Below, in pieces: positions 56,085 through 64,000 of a stretch of DNA of 64,000 nucleotides. Each line of letters opens with the position of its first letter. The stretch's first letter is position 1. The stretch is taken from assembly GCA_020348985.1 (NCBI GenBank), contig CP070761.1, forward strand, positions 979,713-1,043,712, in the 5' to 3' direction. The stretch is from Candidatus Thorarchaeota archaeon (GTDB lineage Archaea > Asgardarchaeota > Thorarchaeia > Thorarchaeales > Thorarchaeaceae). Position numbers and translations under genes: made by a program. The notes beneath the pieces are model-generated. The model did not search any database. It saw nothing but the letters and a program-made list of their open reading frames with translations, and was not told the DNA's origin.

Positions 56085-56516
56085 CTACTTCGAATCCGAG
56101 ATTGCGGCCTGGAACTCCCTGATCCAGGGAGCTTCGTCACCTGCAGACTTGACATAGTCAGCGAATCTCGTGAGTTTCTCTATTGTCTCTGGATGAGCAA
56201 TGTGCTCGATCTCGCACGCATCGGCTTCAGCGATTTGACTGTCAATTCCAATCAGTCGAAAGAACCACCTCAGGGTCTCATGCGCCTTTTCCAGCTTCTC
56301 CGCCAGTTTCAGCCCTTTCCGTGAGAGAACGACGCTCTTGTAAGGCTCGTAATGCACGAAACCGGCCTCACTGAGCTTCTGAAGTACATATGTTACACTG
56401 GGTGATCTAACACCACGAATCTTCGCAATGTCTGTGACACTAGCGGACCCAGACTGCATCTGGAGCTCATAGATTGTTTCCAAATACGGTTCCAAAGACT
56501 TGGAGAGGCCTGTCAA
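56085..56516 (-). CDS. DtxR/MntR family metal-dependent regulator
   Basis: E.YLE.IY.L, DIA...V..PSVT, L...G...A and H..L..F......A..DAC.IEH motifs. Confidence 0.92.
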   Translation of the reverse strand: MTGLSKSLEPYLETIYELQMQSGSASVTDIAKIRGVRSPSVTYVLQKLSEAGFVHYEPYKSVVLSRKGLKLAEKLEKAHETLRWFFRLIGIDSQIAEADACEIEHIAHPETIEKLTRFADYVKSAGDEAPWIREFQAAISDSK

Positions 56517-56543
56517 TTATCGAATACATCCTCAAAGCTCTTT

Positions 56544-56559
56544 GTTAGATGATTCTAAC
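56544..56559. promoter_or_regulatory. Palindromic putative DtxR-family autoregulatory operator
   Basis: GTTAGA-TGAT-TCTAAC about 28 bp upstream of the DtxR-family start codon. Confidence 0.55.
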
Positions 56560-56637
56560 TATATTGGCTGTACCTATTTCAGCGGACATAAGTGTTCATA
56601 ATCGTGAATAGCGGCATGCTCCTGGCTGCAGTACAGG

Positions 56638-58194
56638 CTATTCTTCGAGCAAGAACCCAGTGATCTCTTCTGCTGCAGAAACGATAGACCTAGACCGCAT
56701 CAAATCTCGTATTCCTGAAATGTCCTTATACAGAGCTCGGTCATCCTTGAGCGTTTTGACTTGCCCCCGTATAGCAGCAAGTGCCCTCTGAAGCGGATCA
56801 GATGTCGTGAGTGGTGCAAGAAGTTCAAGTCCCTGAGCAGCGCAAAGATACTCGATGGCAACTACGTTGGTTGAGTTCTCTAGGATTTTGCGTGCTTTCC
56901 TTGCGGCGATTGTCCCCATGCTCACATGGTCTTCTTGGTCTGCACTTGTTGGAATGGAGTCAACGCTTGCGGGATGGGCTAGAATCTTATTCTCCGATAC
57001 AAGTGCTGCCGCAGTATACTGTGCAATCATCATACCGGATTCAAGTCCGCCCTTTGTTGTAAGAAAGGCTGGAAGTTCGCTAAGATTTGGATTTACCAAT
57101 CTGTTAATCCTTCGTTCGGCGATGCTGGCGATTTCAGACAATGCAATGCCAAGAAAGTCCATAGCAAGTGCTACTGGCTGTCCATGGAAATTGCCTCCTG
57201 AGACCACGGATCCATCTTCAGCAAAGACCAAGGGATTGTCAGTAGCCGAATTGATCTCAGTCTCTAGAATGCTTCTTACGTATCGGATTGTGTCTAGAGA
57301 CGCCCCTAGTACCTGAGGAATGCAACGTAGGGAGTATGCGTCCTGAACTTTGCCACAGTCAACATGTGACCGGTTGATCTCGCTATCACCAAGGAGCAAT
57401 CTCAATATCCGTGCAATATCACTCTGCCCCTCATGAGGTCGTACTGAGTGAATCCTCTCATCGAGAGCAGCTCGTGTGCCACGTAGGGCCTCGAGACTCA
57501 TCGACGCGGCAATAGATGCATCACGAACAAGATTCATGGCGTCATGGGAAACTAATGCACCAATTGCGCTCATGCATTGAGTGCCGTTGATAAGAGCGAC
57601 CCCCTCTTTCGCCTGGAGTCTCAGGGGCTTTAGCTTGGCCTTCTTCAGCGCTTCCTGTCCAGAGACAATCTTGTCTCCAATGAATGCTTCACCTTCTCCC
57701 ATGACAACTAATGCCATGTGGGCTAGGGGAGCAAGGTCACCGCTCGAACCTACTGATCCTTGTTCCGGTACAGCGGGGGTGACATTCGCGTTAAGCATTC
57801 CAAGGAGTGACTCAATGACCTCTTTCCTCACTGCCGAGTAGCCTTTGGCGAGGGCGTTCGCCCTAAGAAGCATCATTGCTCTAACTATCTCTGGGTGCAA
57901 AAGACCACCCACTCCAACACTATGACTCCGTATTAGATTGACTTGGAGCTGTTCAATATCTGCAGGTTCGATGCAGACTTGCGAAAGATCACCAAATCCC
58001 GTGTTGACACCATAGACAGATTCTCCTGCCTGCAGAACTCTCTCTATGACTTCGCGGGAGGCCTCAATTCCGGTCTTGGCAGATTCGGCGAGGACTGCTT
58101 CTCTTTGCTGTCTGGAAACAAGCACGATGTCCTCGACCGTTAGATTTTCTCCATCAATCTGAATTGGCATATCTGTCACAACCTGCATCAACAC
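56638..58194 (-). CDS. hutH: Histidine ammonia-lyase
   Basis: VYGVNTGFG.L, NLIRSH, GSVGSSGDLAPL, KEG.ALINGT, QDAYSLRC.PQ, GGNFHG and QEDHVSMG motifs; true start may be ATG 58188 or 58170. Confidence 0.95.
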   Translation of the reverse strand: MLMQVVTDMPIQIDGENLTVEDIVLVSRQQREAVLAESAKTGIEASREVIERVLQAGESVYGVNTGFGDLSQVCIEPADIEQLQVNLIRSHSVGVGGLLHPEIVRAMMLLRANALAKGYSAVRKEVIESLLGMLNANVTPAVPEQGSVGSSGDLAPLAHMALVVMGEGEAFIGDKIVSGQEALKKAKLKPLRLQAKEGVALINGTQCMSAIGALVSHDAMNLVRDASIAASMSLEALRGTRAALDERIHSVRPHEGQSDIARILRLLLGDSEINRSHVDCGKVQDAYSLRCIPQVLGASLDTIRYVRSILETEINSATDNPLVFAEDGSVVSGGNFHGQPVALAMDFLGIALSEIASIAERRINRLVNPNLSELPAFLTTKGGLESGMMIAQYTAAALVSENKILAHPASVDSIPTSADQEDHVSMGTIAARKARKILENSTNVVAIEYLCAAQGLELLAPLTTSDPLQRALAAIRGQVKTLKDDRALYKDISGIRDLMRSRSIVSAAEEITGFLLEE

Positions 58195-58282
58195 TAGAAC
58201 CAGAACTTAGCCCTTTTGGCAGACAGCACCAAATGTTTTCAAGGTCTTGTCGTTCATCTTAGGCTACTGATCCAAGGTTGAG

Positions 58283-59464
58283 ATAACAACGAGTAGTGTC
58301 ATTATTGTCGGTGCTGGCCTGGGCGGGCTTATGTCAGGTGCGCTTCTTGGACAAAAGGGTTTCAGAGTAAATATCCTTGAGCGGATGAACTTCATCGGCG
58401 GTCGCTTCACCAGCTTCGAAAAAGACGGCGTGCCTATACCCACCGGCGCCGTCCATATGATTCCACACCGAAAGGGACCCATGAAACAGATTCTGGTAGA
58501 CAAACTAAATCTGCCGATAGAGCTGATAGATGCGGGAAGACCTGCAATAGTGAATGAGAAGGGAGAAGGGATTGAGCTCGGAGGACTTGATGCGGCCAAA
58601 TTGTTCCTCAAGTCCCTGATGGGATTCTCTTCTGCGAAGAGAGCAATGGATTCAATCTATGAGTTTTCAATCGGGCTCAAAGGTTCGAGAATTCCACTTC
58701 TAGACCGATTTGCCTTCATGAGGAGAATCGGATCTTATTCTCATCACGTGACTCCAAAAGGTGGAGTGAAGAGTGTCATTGACGCTCTTGCTAGTTCTAT
58801 TAGGGAGAGTGGGGGTAGAATCAGAATCAACCATAATGTCATTTCTGTGAAACCAATAGATGAAGGGGGCTTCGAAGTGACAACTGAAGGTGAGAACTAC
58901 AGATCTGACATTGTCATTGCCAACTGCAGTCCAGCAGTACTGTTTAGGCTGTTGGGTGGCGAGGCCAGACTTCTCGGTTCTTCATTCGAAAGGAAAGTCA
59001 CTGAGTGTGAACCAGTCCCAGGTATCAAGATAGCTGTGGTCTGCAATCACCGGGTATGCCCAAGCTCAATAACATTCACACCGTTTCTTCAGGTGATTTC
59101 CGGATTCTCGGAGCCCACGATTGCTGATCCTGAACTTGCAGGGGAAGGCCGTCATCTAATAATGAGCCATCAAGAAGTGGGACCAGGATCCCTCTACGAT
59201 CAAATCGAACGGGCTATGGAGGATTTCAGAGAGTTCATACCTAACTTCCAAGATAGCTGCAAAGTTGTATCAACTCATGTGTACAGGGATGTCTATCCGG
59301 TCAACCACGCATCACAGGGTCAAGATTTCAGGCCGATTACTAGGATTCAAGGCCTGTACTTGGTGGGTGACGGCGTTAAACCTCGTGGCTACATAATGAC
59401 CGAAGGTGTTGCGAAATCGGCTGAGATAGCCGTCAAAGCAATCTTTGGAGGAAACGGTTCATGA
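58283..59464 (+). CDS. FAD-dependent oxidoreductase (phytoene dehydrogenase-like); probable non-ATG start
   Basis: VIIVGAGLGGL lies upstream of the first ATG; ILE....IGGR, TGA.HMIPH, PKGG and GLYLVGD motifs. Confidence 0.85.
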   Translation: MTTSSVIIVGAGLGGLMSGALLGQKGFRVNILERMNFIGGRFTSFEKDGVPIPTGAVHMIPHRKGPMKQILVDKLNLPIELIDAGRPAIVNEKGEGIELGGLDAAKLFLKSLMGFSSAKRAMDSIYEFSIGLKGSRIPLLDRFAFMRRIGSYSHHVTPKGGVKSVIDALASSIRESGGRIRINHNVISVKPIDEGGFEVTTEGENYRSDIVIANCSPAVLFRLLGGEARLLGSSFERKVTECEPVPGIKIAVVCNHRVCPSSITFTPFLQVISGFSEPTIADPELAGEGRHLIMSHQEVGPGSLYDQIERAMEDFREFIPNFQDSCKVVSTHVYRDVYPVNHASQGQDFRPITRIQGLYLVGDGVKPRGYIMTEGVAKSAEIAVKAIFGGNGS

Positions 59465-59655
59465 AATTGCCAGAGATCGACGCTGAACTATGTGTTGGTT
59501 GCGCACAGTGCTTTCTTGTTTGTCCTGAAGATGCGATGGATGTGCTTGTCGAGGCCAAGCCCAATGAGAGATGCACTGGATGCGGAAGATGTGAGACGGC
59601 ATGTCCAGCACTTGCAATCAAAATGATTGAAACCGGATTCATTGTTTCGGAATAG
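59461..59655 (+). CDS. 2x[4Fe-4S] ferredoxin
   Basis: CVGCAQCFLVCP and CTGCGRCETACP; ATGA overlap with the upstream oxidoreductase. Confidence 0.9.
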   Translation: MKLPEIDAELCVGCAQCFLVCPEDAMDVLVEAKPNERCTGCGRCETACPALAIKMIETGFIVSE

Positions 59656-59772
59656 ATGGAAGAGACTGATGATGGCAATATGGTCACACATATGAAGCAG
59701 GGTGTCAACTGACCTCCACACATCGTTTCATCATCGTCATAAGAACTATTGAACTCTGGAGAATCACAGGCA

Positions 59773-60687
59773 ATGGACCGAATTGATAGAGCGATAGTGT
59801 GGCTGCTTGATTCCAACTGCAGAACCACGTACGAAACTATGGCCAAAAAGCTGGGCCTTACGGCTAATGCAGTCAAGAAAAGAATAGACAAAATGATAGA
59901 TTCCGGAATCATATCCCAATTCAGCGTCATGTTCTCTTCGGCTATGATTGACGCAGATATTCTTCTTGCTCTGGTTCATACAGATGGATCGGAGGATGTT
60001 GATGAAATCATACAACAGATTGGATCTAACCCACTTGTTCTCCAAGTTTCGGCTGTGGCCAGCGGCATAGGAGAACTATATCTGATATTTGCTCAATACG
60101 TTGGTACCACTGAGCTGGCTTCACTAGGAACATTCCTTCGGGGAATCGAGTCGGTCAAAGAGGTAAACCTTCACAACATAATCTACCCCCGGGGAAAGAA
60201 GATGGAACTTAAAAAAACACATCTCAAAGTTCTAGATAGTCTTGTTACGGATGCGAGGATGTCTGTCAGAAACATTGCCCGCGAAACGGGAATGACCGCC
60301 AAAAGGGTTCGTAGGATAATAGGAGAATTGGAGAAGAGCGGTGCCTTCCTGTTCACCTTAAGGTGGAATATAAGCGCCGGCGGAAACTCGGCATTTCACC
60401 TCAGAGTGGATGTTGATATGGGTCAAACGACAGCAGAGGAGGTTGCTCAATGGTTGAGAGATAAATATCCGAGAGAACTATGGTATCCTTTCATGTCTGC
60501 TATTGAACCAGTAATTTTCGCGGCCTTTGTTGTAGATGACCTTTATGCAGTGCAACGAATATCATCAGAGGTCAGGAAAGCGTCCTTTGTAAAGGCAACA
60601 GCCATATTACTAAGCTATTCAGATCACAAGTTCCCATGGCCCGCTGAGATGAAGCTCAGAGAACTGTTGTCCAGAGAAAACGGATAA
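59773..60687 (+). CDS. Tandem-domain Lrp/AsnC family regulator
   Basis: D.ID..I...L..NCR..Y...A..LGLT.NAV..RI, second HTH L..DARM....IA...G.T.K.VR. Confidence 0.85.
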   Translation: MDRIDRAIVWLLDSNCRTTYETMAKKLGLTANAVKKRIDKMIDSGIISQFSVMFSSAMIDADILLALVHTDGSEDVDEIIQQIGSNPLVLQVSAVASGIGELYLIFAQYVGTTELASLGTFLRGIESVKEVNLHNIIYPRGKKMELKKTHLKVLDSLVTDARMSVRNIARETGMTAKRVRRIIGELEKSGAFLFTLRWNISAGGNSAFHLRVDVDMGQTTAEEVAQWLRDKYPRELWYPFMSAIEPVIFAAFVVDDLYAVQRISSEVRKASFVKATAILLSYSDHKFPWPAEMKLRELLSRENG

Positions 60688-60701
60688 GTAGATCCAGAAG
60701 G

Positions 60702-61211
60702 CTAACGCAGGTATCGCTTGCCAATCCAAAAGGCACAAGACGCCAAGGCGATTGCGGCCAATGACAGCAAGAGAATGGGGGATTCTGGATTCGTCCATAC
60801 TACTCCGCCTGACATCTGGTCATAGAACTGCGAATCAACAGACGGATCAAACGCCTCTCCATAGGCCTCTATTGATTGCTCAGTTCCATGTTCTGAGAGT
60901 TTTGCACGGTACGTCCTCGGATTGAAGAGAACAGTCACACCATTTAGCTTCAAGAAGACAAAGTCGATGTCAGCCGAAAGCACAGTGTCAATGAGAAGCT
61001 GAATGTCAACCCAGGCGCCTTCTCTCTGAATCGAGAATCCGTCATCAGGCGATATAAGCTCCCCACCGTCAAACGTCAGATTTGCTTTCAAATCAAACCA
61101 GCTCTCATCACTCAGTCTACTCTGCCCTGCCACTGGCTGGCTAACCAGAGGAACTAAAATCAGGGCTATCAGAACAATGAAGAGTGAACGTCGCAAGGGA
61201 ACATGCCTCAT
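60702..61211 (-). CDS. Hypothetical secreted protein with C-terminal membrane anchor
   Basis: N-terminal signal-like segment; C-terminal TM followed by KR. Confidence 0.6.
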   Translation of the reverse strand: MRHVPLRRSLFIVLIALILVPLVSQPVAGQSRLSDESWFDLKANLTFDGGELISPDDGFSIQREGAWVDIQLLIDTVLSADIDFVFLKLNGVTVLFNPRTYRAKLSEHGTEQSIEAYGEAFDPSVDSQFYDQMSGGVVWTNPESPILLLSLAAIALASCAFWIGKRYLR

Positions 61212-61280
61212 CCTAATTATATGTATTAACAGTGGCTAATACCAAAGCGTTTTCACAAGCTGTAACCAAAGGCAATCTGT

Positions 61281-63293
61281 CTAGGATAGACGTACCTTTA
61301 CGAGGTCTTCCACTAGATTATTCTCCGGTACGAATGGCAAAGTAATGTGACCCTTGCCTCTTGACGCTCGATTCCACTCTGTGACTGTCTCGATAGCTGG
61401 TGGGTTCGTTGCCCAAGCTCTACGTGCGACTCCACCCATGACGTCCCAGTCGAGAGCTGATCGGATAATTGAGTCGACTCTTTCACTGCCATCAAGAACA
61501 AGACCAAATCCGCCGTTGATGGCCTTGCCCGTACCTACTCCTCCGCCATTCGAAAGCACACAGAGGGTCATACCCCTTGATGCGTTGCCGGCCCAGCACT
61601 GATGTGCCATGTCGCTCATTATGCTGCTGCCATCTCGAATATTGGCGGTCTCTCGGAACGGAGAATCGGTTCCTCCAGTATCATGATGATCACGCCCAAG
61701 CATAATTGGTCCGACATTTCCTTCTCTCACAGCCCGGTTGAACTCTAGGGCGATGTTGACCCTGCCTCCTGCATCGGCATATAGTATCCTGGCCTGCGAT
61801 CCAACAACCAGCGCATTCTTCTCAGCATCTCTTATCCACACGAAGTTGTCTCTGTCTTGTCCCCTTCTTGTTGGGTCTATCCGGGACATGGCAATCCTGT
61901 CAGTCTCGGTGAGGTCAGATGGCTTGCCAGACAAGCAGACCCATCTAAAGGGCCCGTAGCCATAATCGAAGCAGACCGGCCCCATAATATCTTCTACGTA
62001 GCTTGGAAAGATGAATCCTTCACTCGTATCCCGTCCATTCTTCGCAATCGCAGTTGCACCTGCATCAAATACGGCCTTCATGAATGAGTTTCCATAATCC
62101 CAGAAGAACGTGCCTCGCTTGGACATCATCTTGATCAAGCCAAACTGCGTTCGCAGGGATTTGTCAACAAGCGTCTTGAATTCATCTCGATCGGTCTTCA
62201 GAAGCTCACGTCCATCCTCGAACGATATTCCCTGGGGAGTATAGCCGCCGCTGTAGACATCGTGGCAAGATGTTTGATCCGATGAAAGCTCCACAATGAT
62301 TTCACGGTCAACTACATATTGCCATAGATCAACTACGTTTCCATAGTAACCGATCGAAATCGGTTCCCTGCTAACTCGAAACTCGTCAACCCAATTGAAA
62401 ATCTCGTCCAGGTCGTCAGACCATCTTTTCAGCCAGTCCTGCTCTGATCGGGTGTCAATTCGGCTCTTGTCTACTTCTGCGATGACTCCGATTCCGCCCG
62501 CGATTTCTACAGCCTTCGCTTGAGCGCCACTCATTCCCCCAAGGCCTGAAGTCAAAAACAGCCTTCCGCTTAAGTCTTGGTCTTCTGGAATCCCCAAGTA
62601 TTGGCGACCTGCGTTGAGAAGTGTGATGTAGGTTCCATGAACAATGCCCTGTGGGCCAATGTACATCCACCCTCCCGCTGTCATTTGAGCCATCGAAGCA
62701 GTACCCAGCTGTTGCGCTCGCTGGAAGTGTTCAGGCGTGTCAAACATTCCTACCATTAGCCCGTTGGTCAAAATGGCCCGAGGAGCGTTTCTATGAGAAG
62801 GAAAGAGTCCGAGAGGATGACCCGACATCACTGCTAGTGTTTGTGTCTCATTCATCTGCTCGAGATACATCTTGATGAGGCGGTACTGCATCCAGTTTTG
62901 ACATACTTGACCGCTCTCACCGTATGTCACTAGTTCATACGGATAAAGAGCAACATCGAAGTCCAGATTGTTATCAATCATTAGCTGTAGCGCACGGGCC
63001 TCCAAAATCCCGGTGTATTCATCAACAGGTTTAGCCTTGATTGGACCCGAGGGCCTGTATCTGTAACCGTAGATTCTTCCGTACGTGACAAGCTCCTCAA
63101 GAAACTCCGGTGCAAGCTGCTCATGGAGTTTAGGAGGAATGTATCTTAAGGCGTTCTTTACCGCTAGGACGGTCTCTCGCTCATTCAATGTATAGGCTCT
63201 GTGAGGAGCTCTTCTGTACTTGGGGTCGAAAGAGGGCTCTGGGGGTAGCTCTTTCGGGAGTCTAAATGTCATGGCCTCTGAGACATCGGACAA
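61281..63293 (-). CDS. hutU: Urocanate hydratase (long, ~670-aa form)
   Basis: GRIYGYR.RP, NNLD..VA.YP.ELVTYG, QMTAG...YIGPQGIVHGT, GLGGMSGAQ, SDQTSCH, GRDHHD and DSPFRET motifs. Confidence 0.96.
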   Translation of the reverse strand: MSDVSEAMTFRLPKELPPEPSFDPKYRRAPHRAYTLNERETVLAVKNALRYIPPKLHEQLAPEFLEELVTYGRIYGYRYRPSGPIKAKPVDEYTGILEARALQLMIDNNLDFDVALYPYELVTYGESGQVCQNWMQYRLIKMYLEQMNETQTLAVMSGHPLGLFPSHRNAPRAILTNGLMVGMFDTPEHFQRAQQLGTASMAQMTAGGWMYIGPQGIVHGTYITLLNAGRQYLGIPEDQDLSGRLFLTSGLGGMSGAQAKAVEIAGGIGVIAEVDKSRIDTRSEQDWLKRWSDDLDEIFNWVDEFRVSREPISIGYYGNVVDLWQYVVDREIIVELSSDQTSCHDVYSGGYTPQGISFEDGRELLKTDRDEFKTLVDKSLRTQFGLIKMMSKRGTFFWDYGNSFMKAVFDAGATAIAKNGRDTSEGFIFPSYVEDIMGPVCFDYGYGPFRWVCLSGKPSDLTETDRIAMSRIDPTRRGQDRDNFVWIRDAEKNALVVGSQARILYADAGGRVNIALEFNRAVREGNVGPIMLGRDHHDTGGTDSPFRETANIRDGSSIMSDMAHQCWAGNASRGMTLCVLSNGGGVGTGKAINGGFGLVLDGSERVDSIIRSALDWDVMGGVARRAWATNPPAIETVTEWNRASRGKGHITLPFVPENNLVEDLVKVRLS

Positions 63294-63624
63294 AGTAACT
63301 CACATCCGTACCAATACTCACTGCAAGACACGTCTGATATAGGACTTTCTCTAAGTATCGGAGTCACTCATCGTCAGAGTGTCTCAAGAAGGCTGTACGA
63401 ATTGATGAAGGGCTTCGAAAATCGCGCCTTCTATTTCTCGTGTCACTAGTTAATCACCATGTGAAGACATACAATATTTTCTAAAATCCCTTTTTGACTA
63501 AATTTTCATGACACCTGGAGTTGTCAAGAAATCAACCGATTCGACGTGCAGCTCCGGCTTTGCAAGAAATCCTTTTGCATGAACGTAACATCTATGGATG
63601 GATAGTGTAATTCAAGGGGCTCAG

Positions 63625-64000
63625 CTATTCAAGAGCGGCATTCTGAATCAGTTGTGCTAGTGTCTTCGATCTTAGTCCCCGGAAATATCCGTGATAAGTG
63701 CTAACTGTAACTTTCACCGTGTCTACAAATTCTGCATTTCTTATCGCTCGTGTTATACTGTCAAGCTCTGTCAGAGTTTCTGTTGAGAAGAGTGCAAAAA
63801 CGACAGGTTCGGATGCAGAGATGAAGGTCTGCCAGAGTGGAACAAAATACTCGTCTCTAATCCAATCCACAACCTCGTGTGCACTCTTCGCGGTCTCGTC
63901 AAAAGCTGTTCTGACGATGAAGGGAATGCTTCCTGCGGCACCGAGTTCTACGAGTGCAGCAAACCGGACGGCCATGCTGTCTGTGAACCTCTTGAGTGTC
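63625..64000 (-). CDS. Tandem Lrp/AsnC-like regulator, C-terminal part (partial, starts beyond window)
   Basis: Frame open to the window edge; resembles the 59773 C-terminus (EV..W.R..Y...LW..F.SA.EPV.FA.F). Confidence 0.7.
   Translation of the reverse strand, partial: TLKRFTDSMAVRFAALVELGAAGSIPFIVRTAFDETAKSAHEVVDWIRDEYFVPLWQTFISASEPVVFALFSTETLTELDSITRAIRNAEFVDTVKVTVSTYHGYFRGLRSKTLAQLIQNAALE

Noticed and set aside
59666-59712. Possible C/D box sRNA (CTGATGA ... CTGA, 47 nt)
   Set aside because: No convincing D'/C' boxes, terminal stem or recognisable target
1-64000. CRISPR arrays, cas genes, IS elements, integrases, rRNA genes
   Set aside because: None seen by eye: no regularly spaced repeats and no transposase, integrase or rRNA signatures
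1-64000. Most remaining 60-190 aa ORFs in the six-frame track
   Set aside because: They lie antisense or out of frame within well-supported genes and show no motifs

Overview
A 64-kb chromosomal segment from an Asgard archaeon. Thorarchaeia is my best guess, inferred from gene content: actin, two-domain gelsolin, a longin-like/Arf-type GTPase fusion and tandem-domain Lrp-like regulators. The first ~17 kb is archaeal translation machinery: the end of the spc cluster (rpl32e-rpl19e-rpl18-rps5-rpl30-[hsp20]-rpl15-secY), a small insertion, adkA-DUF106/EMC3-rpl34e-cmk-rpl14e-cbf5, an RNase P RNA, tsr3, tiaS and rps13-rps4-rps11. The rest holds an intron-containing tRNA-Ser(GGA), metabolic and repair genes, t6A genes, a dispersed histidine utilisation set (hutI, hutH, hutU) and several eukaryote-like proteins. 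I saw no CRISPR array, rRNA, transposase or integrase. Leading candidates for undescribed biology: (1) a wHTH-CARF regulator coupled to a Mini-III-like RNase, divergent from actin and next to a SAMHD1-like HD protein and a mini PriL-like Fe-S protein; (2) a catalytically dead MCM paralog; (3) a split CWH43/PGAP2IP-like gene pair; (4) a possible DtxR-family operator in front of an uncharacterised His-N-terminal membrane protein; (5) two genes that seem to need a non-canonical start such as ATA. All assignments are by-eye motif recognition; no database searches were run.
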